Source: an uncultured Alphaproteobacteria bacterium
GTDB taxonomy: Bacteria; Pseudomonadota; Alphaproteobacteria; Rhizobiales; Xanthobacteraceae
Assembly (NCBI GenBank): GCA_963739735.1
Contig: CAVUBV010000009.1
Coordinates: 36,777 to 100,776, forward strand
Direction of reading: 5' to 3'
Length of the DNA: 64,000 nucleotides
The notes below the pieces were generated by a model. The model worked only from the letters and a program-made list of their open reading frames with translations. It did not search any database and was not told the DNA's origin. Below are positions 56,426-64,000 of the stretch, piece by piece. Positions within the stretch are counted from its first letter, which is position 1; every line of letters begins with the position of its first letter. The position numbers were made by a program, and so were the translations under genes.

Positions 56426-58657
56426 ATGGCAGATCGCGCGCAAGCTATTGCAAAGGTTGAAGAAATCGCTTTGGTCGCGGACCGTGACGAACGCCTTTCG
56501 GTCATCACGTCTGCGCTCGAACCGGCTTTAAGGTCGCAGCCGCAGCGTTTCATCAACCGCGAACTGTCCTGGCTGCACTTCAACCGCCGTGTGCTGGAAG
56601 AAGCGGCCAACGAGCACCATCCGCTGTTGGAGCGCGTGCGCTTCCTGTCGATCTCGGCCAACAACCTCGACGAATTCTTCATGGTGCGCGTCGCCGGCCT
56701 GAAAGGCCAGGTGCGGCAAGGCATCACCACGCAGAGCCCGGACGGGCTCACCCCCAACGAACAGCTCGCCCGTATCGGTGAGGCGGTGGCGGCGCTGGCG
56801 CACGACCAGCAGCAACGCTGGATCGAATTGCGGCCCGAGCTTGCCGCGGCCGGTGTCACGCTGGTCGACGGCGCCGAACTGAAGAAGGCCGAGCGCGCCT
56901 GGCTGCAGGAGCGCTTCCTCACCCACGTTTTCCCGTTGCTCACCCCGCTCGCCATCGATCCGGCGCATCCGTTCCCGTTCATCCCCAATCTGTCGTTCTC
57001 GATCGCGCTGCAGCTCGCGCGCGGCCGCGACGGCAAACCGATGAACGCGCTGATCCGCATGCCGCAGAAGATCGAGCGCTTCATCCGCCTGCCGGGCGGC
57101 GGCGACCAGGGCATCCGGCTGATCACGCTGGAGGAGGCGACCGCGCTGTTCATCGGCCGGCTGTTCCCCGGCTATACCGTCAAGGGCCAGGGCACCTTCC
57201 GCCTGATCCGCGACTCGGAAGTGGAAATCGAAGAAGAGGCGGAAGACCTGGTGCGGCTCTACGAGACCGCGCTCAAGCAGCGCCGGCGCGGTTCGGTGAT
57301 CCGGCTCGAGCTCAACGGCACCATGCCGAGCGAACTGCGCAGCTTCGTGCAGCGCGCGCTCGCGGTCGCCGACGACGAGGTGTTCCAGGTCGACGGCGTG
57401 CTCGCGCTCAACGACCTGTCGCAGCTCAACCGCCTCGAGCGCCCCGATCTCGAATTCGTACCCTACAATCCGCGCTATCCTGAGCGTATCCGCGACCATG
57501 GCGGCGACTGTTTCGCCGCCATCCGGCAAAAGGATTTGATCGTCCACCACCCTTACGAATCCTTCGACGTTGTGGTGCAGTTCCTGCAGCAGGCGGCGCG
57601 CGATCCCGATGTGGTGGCGATCAAGCAGACGCTCTACCGCACCTCCGCCGAGTCGCCGATCGTCAAGACGTTGGTCGAAGCCGCGGAAGCCGGCAAATCG
57701 GTCACCGCGCTGGTCGAGCTCAAGGCGCGCTTCGACGAGGAAGCCAATATCCGCTGGGCGCGCGATCTGGAACGCGCCGGCGCGCAGGTCGTCTACGGCT
57801 TCATCGAACTCAAGACGCACGCCAAGCTGTCGCTGGTGGTGCGCCGCGAAGGCGGCTCGCTCGCCACCTATATCCACGCCGGCACCGGCAATTATCACCC
57901 CGTGACCGCGCGCATCTATACCGATCTGTCGTTCTTCACCGCCGACGTGGTCATTGGGCGCGACGTCGCGCGCATCTTCAACTACATCACCGGTTACGCC
58001 GAGCCGGATGAACTGGAGAAGATGGCGATCTCGCCGCTCAATCTGCGCAGCCGCATCCTCGAGCACATCGGCCGCGAGACCGCCAACGCCAAGGCCGGTA
58101 AGCCGGCGGCGATCTGGATGAAGATGAACGCGCTGGTCGACCCCGGCATCATCGACGCGCTCTACGATGCCTCGCAAGCCGGCGTCGACGTCGACGTCGT
58201 GGTGCGCGGCATTTGCTGCCTGCGTCCGGGCGTGCCGGGGCTTTCGGATAATATCTCGGTGAAATCGATCGTCGGCCGCTTCCTCGAACACAGCCGCATC
58301 TATTGTTTCGGCAACGGCTACGCGCTGCCGCATCCCAAGGCGGCGATCTATATTTCCTCCGCCGACATGATGCCGCGCAACCTCGACCGCCGGGTCGAGG
58401 TGATGTGCCCGATTCTCAATCCGACCGTGCACGAGCAGGTGCTCGGCCAGATCATGGCCGCAAACTTCAAGGATAACGAGCAAAGTTGGACGCTCTTGCC
58501 CGACGGCAGTTCCACGCGCATAAAGGCCGCGCCGGGCGAGGAACCCTTCAACGCCCACAAATACTTCATGACCAATCCGAGCCTGTCGGGCCGTGGGAAA
58601 TCGCTCAAGGAATCGTCGCCGCGCAGCCTTATACGCCGCCTCGCCGAAGGCGCGTAA
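56426..58657 (+). CDS. ppk: Polyphosphate kinase 1
   Basis: [49 protein letters not shown]. Confidence 0.98.
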   Translation: MADRAQAIAKVEEIALVADRDERLSVITSALEPALRSQPQRFINRELSWLHFNRRVLEEAANEHHPLLERVRFLSISANNLDEFFMVRVAGLKGQVRQGITTQSPDGLTPNEQLARIGEAVAALAHDQQQRWIELRPELAAAGVTLVDGAELKKAERAWLQERFLTHVFPLLTPLAIDPAHPFPFIPNLSFSIALQLARGRDGKPMNALIRMPQKIERFIRLPGGGDQGIRLITLEEATALFIGRLFPGYTVKGQGTFRLIRDSEVEIEEEAEDLVRLYETALKQRRRGSVIRLELNGTMPSELRSFVQRALAVADDEVFQVDGVLALNDLSQLNRLERPDLEFVPYNPRYPERIRDHGGDCFAAIRQKDLIVHHPYESFDVVVQFLQQAARDPDVVAIKQTLYRTSAESPIVKTLVEAAEAGKSVTALVELKARFDEEANIRWARDLERAGAQVVYGFIELKTHAKLSLVVRREGGSLATYIHAGTGNYHPVTARIYTDLSFFTADVVIGRDVARIFNYITGYAEPDELEKMAISPLNLRSRILEHIGRETANAKAGKPAAIWMKMNALVDPGIIDALYDASQAGVDVDVVVRGICCLRPGVPGLSDNISVKSIVGRFLEHSRIYCFGNGYALPHPKAAIYISSADMMPRNLDRRVEVMCPILNPTVHEQVLGQIMAANFKDNEQSWTLLPDGSSTRIKAAPGEEPFNAHKYFMTNPSLSGRGKSLKESSPRSLIRRLAEGA

Positions 58658-58697
58658 GCGCTCGCCCGCGATCGCGCGCCCCTACGCGGCGGCTAGC

Positions 58698-60194
58698 TTG
58701 GCGCAAGGCCGGCTCGACCACGGGCCGCCGGTCGCCGTCATCGACATCGGCTCTAACTCGATCCGCCTCGTCATCTACGAAGGGCTGACGCGTTCGCCGA
58801 CGCCGATCTTCAACGAAAAAGTGCTCGCCGGCCTCGGCCGCCAGGTGCAAACGACCGGGCTGCTGGCGCCCGACGCCATTGCCACTGCGCTCGACGCGCT
58901 CAAGCGTATTCGCGCGCTGTGCGATGTCTTGCACGTGCGCCGGATGTGGGCGGTCGCTACCGCCGCCTGCCGCGACGCGCGCAACGGCCGTGCCTTCATC
59001 GCCGAGGCGACGCGCATCTGCCGCACGCCGATCACGATCCTCTCGGGCAAGCGCGAAGCCCATCTCACCGGGCTCGGCATCGTGTCCGGCATCCACCGGC
59101 CGGACGGCATCGTCGGCGACTTGGGCGGCGGCTCGCTCGAACTCATCGACGTGCATGGCACGCGCGTGCGCGGCGGCATGACGCTGCCGTTCGGCGGCCT
59201 CGCCTTGCAGGACATCGCCGGGCGGTCGCTCAAGAAGGCGGAACGAATCGTCGAGGAGGCGTTCGAGGACCTCGACATGCTGCACGACGGCGAGGACCGC
59301 ACCTTTTACGCGGTCGGCGGCACCTGGCGCGCGCTGGCGCGACTGCACATGTGGCAGACCGGCTATCCGTTCCACGTCATGCACAACTACCGCATCTCCG
59401 CGCGCGAGGCGCTGGAGTTTTCGCGCCTGGTGCACCGGGTCGATACCGAGACGTTGTCCAAGATCGAAGTGGTCAACGCCGCCCGCCGGCCGCTGCTCTC
59501 TTATGCCGCGCTGGTGATGGAAAACCTGGTGCGCACCATCAAGCCGAAGCAGGTGATCTTCTCCGTGCTCGGCGTGCGCGAGGGGCTGCTTTATTCGCTG
59601 CTCAAGCCGGGGGAACGCAAGCGCGATCCGCTGATCTCGGCCGCCGCCGATCTCAATGTGCTGCGCTCGCGCTCGCCGCATCACGGCGAGGAACTGATCG
59701 ATTGGACCGACCGCTTCATGGCTTCGTCCGGCCTCGACGAGACCGTCGACGAGAAACGGCTGCGCCACGCCGCCTGCCTGTTGGCCGATATCGGCTGGCG
59801 CGCGCATCCGGATTATCGCGGCGAGCAGTCGATGAACATCATCGCGCACGGAGCTTTCGTCGCCATCGACCATCCGAGCCGCGCGTATCTCGCGCTGTCG
59901 GTCTATTTCCGCCACGCAGGGCTTAGCGAGGAAGACCTGTCGCCGCGCCTGCGCGAGCTCGCCACCACGCGCATGCTCGATCGCGCGCGCGTGCTCGGCG
60001 CCTCCATGCGGGTCGCCTATATCATCACCGCGGGGCAGGGCGGCGTGCTGCCGAAAACGCCGATGCGCGTGCGGCGCGGCAAGCTGGTGCTCACTTTGCC
60101 GGGTCGATTTGCCCCGCTCGGCAGCGCCCGGCTGTTCAACCGCTTGCGCCAGCTCGCGCGGCTGGTCGGCCGCGAGCCGCTGATCGAGAGCTAG
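58698..60194 (+). CDS. ppx: Exopolyphosphatase (Ppx/GppA family; start uncertain)
   Basis: IDIGSNSIRL, ATAA, DLGGGSLE, GVREG. Confidence 0.95.
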   Translation: MAQGRLDHGPPVAVIDIGSNSIRLVIYEGLTRSPTPIFNEKVLAGLGRQVQTTGLLAPDAIATALDALKRIRALCDVLHVRRMWAVATAACRDARNGRAFIAEATRICRTPITILSGKREAHLTGLGIVSGIHRPDGIVGDLGGGSLELIDVHGTRVRGGMTLPFGGLALQDIAGRSLKKAERIVEEAFEDLDMLHDGEDRTFYAVGGTWRALARLHMWQTGYPFHVMHNYRISAREALEFSRLVHRVDTETLSKIEVVNAARRPLLSYAALVMENLVRTIKPKQVIFSVLGVREGLLYSLLKPGERKRDPLISAAADLNVLRSRSPHHGEELIDWTDRFMASSGLDETVDEKRLRHAACLLADIGWRAHPDYRGEQSMNIIAHGAFVAIDHPSRAYLALSVYFRHAGLSEEDLSPRLRELATTRMLDRARVLGASMRVAYIITAGQGGVLPKTPMRVRRGKLVLTLPGRFAPLGSARLFNRLRQLARLVGREPLIES

Positions 60195-60818
60195 GGCGGT
60201 TGCGCGCCGGTGGCACCGCCAATGGCCGCTGTGGACGTACTTTGGCCGGCGCGGCGAAAACGTTTGCAGCGACTTTAGGCTGCGAGGCAGCGATTGCCTG
60301 CGCGCCGATGGGAAAAAAGGCATGTTTCCCCTTAGCGGATGCAGCGGGCGTCAATGCAACCTGGAGGGTGGCCGCCATAGGGGCACGTCTCTCGGGACGA
60401 ATGGGCGACGGTTAATCCGATTGGGGGGACCGCGCCTCGCGTTTGCGAACACGGCCGGGCAGCGAGCGGGCGAAGAGGCATTCGGAGCGGCGCTTCGCGC
60501 CTTCCGGGCGCAGGACCCATCCGATGCTGAGGCCGATTCCGCGTGAACTTCACAGTGTGTGGAGCAAGCCACGTCACCAAAAAAACTGTTGTCTTGCGCG
60601 CCTTGGCGGGGCTTTTGACGCTTCGCTTGACGCTCACCTGACGCTGGCCCGGTTAGCATTCGAGCTGGCGTAATGCAGTGGGCCCCGGCGTCTCCGCGGC
60701 TGGAGCGGCCGGCTTGGGCTATGCGCGCGCTGTCGCGACGGGGAGCGCAGATGCTGGAGCCGGCGTTGAATATGCGGGACATGATTTGTTTCCGCGCTGT
60801 GTCACGGCATGGACATCT

Positions 60819-61074
60819 ATGTTGCGCAACCGGAATGGGACTGGCTTGCGCATTCGGGCTGGCATTGGCCGCGCTGCTAGGCGCCGCACAACCGGCGGCG
60901 GCGCAGTTCACCCAGCAAGGCGACAAGCTGGTCGGCACTGGCGCTGCGGGAACTTACGTCAAGCAAGGCTGCTCGGTCGCGCTGTCCGCCGACGGCATCG
61001 CCGCGATCATGGGCGCGATCTCCGACGGCAGCGCAGACAGCGCGCCGTGGCGTGGTTATTGGGGGTTCATATGA
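60819..61074 (+). pseudogene. Signal peptide plus one FG-GAP-like repeat; probable gene remnant
   Basis: ..LLGAAQPAAA-QFTQQGDKLVGTGAAG..QGCSVALSADG.. then stop; the start needs one indel. Confidence 0.55.
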
Positions 61075-63013
61075 TTGCCAAAAGATTTCGCGTTGTAACG
61101 TGCGCGCTTGCGGTGTGTGCGACATTCGGGGTGGTGAGCGCGGTTCACGCGGCGGCCTTCACCAACGGCGACTTTGAAATTCCCGACATCGCGGGTTTTT
61201 TCAACCAAAGTTATGTCGCTGGCAACGACATTGGCGGCTGGACCGTTGTTGGCGGCAACGTCTTGGTTTTCAGCACGGGCGCGCTCCCCGATTTCCCCCC
61301 GAGAGTGGCGCGCAATGGCTCGACCTGGCCGGTACTTCTGGTTCGAACCAGGGTGTGACGCAGACTTTCGATACCGTTGTCGGCCACACCTATGAGGTGA
61401 CATTTGGCATCGGCGCCGGTAACAACGGCACCACCATCGTTAATCCGACGATCAACGCCACGGCGGTGTCTGGCGTGTTTCAGCTTACCAACGCGGGATC
61501 CACGATCGTTTGGCAGGATTTCACCTTCGATTTCGTGGCGGGCTCCGCCACGACGGAGCTTGGCTTCTTTAACGGCGACACGCCCGGCGGCGGTTTCAAA
61601 GGCGGTATTGATAATGTTCGCGTCGTCGACCTTGGCGTTGCTGCTGCGCCGACCTTGCAAGTGTCGCCGGCGACCAACATGTCGTCGTCCGGCAACCAAG
61701 GCGGACCGTTCTCGCCGCTGTCGTTCGACTATCAATTGAGCGCGAGCAGCGGCAGCGTCGATTATTCGATCTCGGGCCTGCCCGCTTGGCTCGATGCCTC
61801 GTCCACCTCGGGCACGGTGTCGACGTCGCCGACGACCATAACGTTCACGGTCAATGCGAACGCCAACGGACTCTCGTCCGGCAGCTACAACGCCACCATC
61901 AGCTTCGCCAACACGACCAACGGGCAGGGTGATCAGACCAGAACGGCCGGGCTGACGGTCAATTCCGGCGGCGGCGGGCCGTCCAAGGTTTACGTCTCCG
62001 GTAAAGGCGGTACCGACGGCAGCGTGTGCACGCGCGCCGCGCCGTGCGCTTCGCTGAACTATGCCTTGGGCGTCACCGATGCCGGCGGCACGATTACCGT
62101 GCTGGACGACGGCGTCTTCGGGCCGATTGTCCTGAACAAACCGGTGTCGATCGTCGGCGTCGATCCGAGCAGCCATTTCCAGATAGTCGCGGACCCCGCA
62201 GCGCAAGTGGGCTGCGTCGGGGCCCCGCCGTCCGGTTGCGGGCTGCCCAATAACGGCTACGCCATCGAAATCGCCGCCGGCGTCTCCGATGAAGTTATAT
62301 TGACCAATCTGCTGGCTTCCGCCGGAAGCGCCGGCGCCGGCGCGCTGAAGTTCTCGTCCGGTGGGATGATGCAATTGAGCGAAGACGTGTTCCGCGGCAA
62401 CGACATCGCCACCGGCCCGATCGTCGCGCTTTATCCGAACAATCCCGGCACCACACAGGCGCAAGTTTACTTCTCGCACAGCGACATCGGGTTTAACGGC
62501 AATAATGCCAATGCGGGCGCGATCGAAGTGAAGCCGAGCGGGAACACGTCTTTGAAGCTGCACTTCAACCACGTCGAAGTGCACAATGCGAGCTACGGCA
62601 TTCGGACCGATCCTCGTGCTCTCGGGGCCTTCGGTCACCGTCACGACGGCGGTGGCGGAAGGAATCTTTCTTTCCTCTACGCCGCGGTGAACGCTTTCAG
62701 CACGGCGGGAACCGGCACCACCAACGCCGTCTTCGACGCGGTGCGGGTTCTCAATGCTGGCGTGGCGATCAAGGCGAATGGGCCGCAGTCGACCGTCATC
62801 CTGACCAACAGCACCATCTCGGGCAACGGGACCGGCGTGCAAGTGCAGAACAACGGCGTCGTCTACACGCCGCAGAGCAACACCATTTACGGCAACGGCA
62901 CGGATATCAACGGGGGATTGAGCTCGGCGCCGCCGCAGCGAGGCAGCATCGATGATCGGAATTCAATGCGTTTGGTAATTAGTTACGTCGCCGCAATTGC
63001 GCGACGACATTGA
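61071..63013 (+). CDS. Secreted modular protein: DUF642-like + BACON-like + beta-helix-like (frameshift near 61300)
   Basis: Signal peptide, FTNGDFE..GWTV, TQTFDTVVGHTYEVTF, GGPFSP..PAWL, KVYVSG..C.RAAPCASL. Confidence 0.7.
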
Positions 63014-63215
63014 CGATTGGCGGTCTTTAACAAGTGTTGATCATAATAGAGGAGATACGGTTTCATAATACTCACCTGTACGAATATGAACAGCGCAGCG
63101 CAAAATCCCTTCCATAAATTGAAAATCTAAATTGTTGATGAGTTGCTCGCGGCGCGTAGCGGGCCGTCATGCGGCAAGCGCTGCGCGCGCCGAAATCAGG
63201 AGGCAGTGTGACGTC

Positions 63216-64000
63216 GTGACACACAATTCCGAAGCCACCCATAGGGCGCCGAAGATACTCATTGCCGATGACGATCCTGCCATCGTGCAAATGCTTTCCA
63301 ATCGATGCATGAGCATGGGGTTTCAGATCGAAACCGCGAGCAACGGAATGCAATCGCTGATCAAGGCGCGGCAATGGAAGCCGGACGCTATGATTGTCGA
63401 TGTCAACATGCCTGAACTGGACGGTCTCTCGGTTTGCGCGCAACTGCTCGAGCCGCGCGGCAGCTCCGTCGATGTGGTTGTCGTCACAGGGTACAGCGAT
63501 CCCGAGACGATTGAGCGGTGTGAAGCTTTCGGCGCTTTCTACGCCCGCAAGGGGCCTGATTTCTGGAAACGAATTAGAGCCGCGTTGGAGGAAATCTTTC
63601 CCGACATGGCCGATAAAATCGAGAAAGTGGTGGTTCAGGCGACGAACGACAAGGTGCCCGAACATCCGCGCGTCCTCGTGGTCGATGACGATTCCAACAC
63701 GGAAAAATTTCTTGCCAGCAGGCTGCGCAAATACGGCGTGGATACTTTGTTTGCACCGGACGCCGTGCATGGATGCCGACTTGCCAGCAAGGCGAAGCCA
63801 AGCGTCATCGTCGTCGACAATTTCATCCCGGACGGCGACGCAAGGTACCTTCTGCATCGATTGCGCAGCGCACCGGCGACCGCGCGGGTCCATGTCATCG
63901 TGATGAGTTGCCGGCCGCTCGACGCATTCGAGGCACAGCGCCTGAAACATGACATCAGCGGCTTGCCCGGCGCGGTTCACGTTATCAAGAAGTCGTTCGA
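63216..64000 (+). CDS. Response regulator with two tandem receiver domains (runs off the window; not in the ORF track)
   Basis: AGGAGG then GTG; manual translation gives KILIADDD..IVDVNMPELDG..VVTG..RKG and RVLVVDDD..VVDNFIPDGD..VMS..KKSF with no stop. Confidence 0.85.
   Translation, partial: MTHNSEATHRAPKILIADDDPAIVQMLSNRCMSMGFQIETASNGMQSLIKARQWKPDAMIVDVNMPELDGLSVCAQLLEPRGSSVDVVVVTGYSDPETIERCEAFGAFYARKGPDFWKRIRAALEEIFPDMADKIEKVVVQATNDKVPEHPRVLVVDDDSNTEKFLASRLRKYGVDTLFAPDAVHGCRLASKAKPSVIVVDNFIPDGDARYLLHRLRSAPATARVHVIVMSCRPLDAFEAQRLKHDISGLPGAVHVIKKSF

Noticed and set aside
56528-58558. Long antisense ORFs opposite ppk, dnaB, the GMC gene and others
   Set aside because: Shadow ORFs expected from high-GC codon bias; no recognisable motifs.
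60220-60385. Further copy of the TGTCCGC repeat at the edge of the right-hand island (atggccgctg, ttagcggat, gtggccgccatagggca)
   Set aside because: Too degenerate to separate from chance by eye; needs a profile search.

Overview
GC-rich alphaproteobacterial chromosome segment; gene order and protein style suggest Hyphomicrobiales, probably Xanthobacteraceae/Nitrobacteraceae (inference). Most of it is conserved core genome: prfC, panB, der, purF-cvpA-radA, alr, dnaB, cfa, rpsF-rpsR-rplI, fabD-fabG-acpP-fabF-mltG-yicC-gmk, lptFG-lptD-surA-pdxA-rsmA, pepA-holC, ndk, purMN, hdaA, ppk-ppx. Many core genes are broken by single-base indels, most likely long-read consensus errors rather than real pseudogenes. 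Small accessory inserts interrupt the core: a collagen-like lipoprotein, a Tat beta-carbonic anhydrase plus a small secreted protein, arsR-arsP-thioredoxin, BA14K, a truncated membrane sensor, and at the right end a mosaic surface protein and a tandem receiver-domain protein. The most notable signal is a short TGTCCGC/GCGGACA palindromic repeat family bordering two inserts. Around BA14K the repeat is split and circularly permuted at a duplicated AGACA, as expected for an integrated circular gene cassette. No recombinase, transposase, CRISPR array, tRNA or rRNA was seen. All alignments were done by eye.
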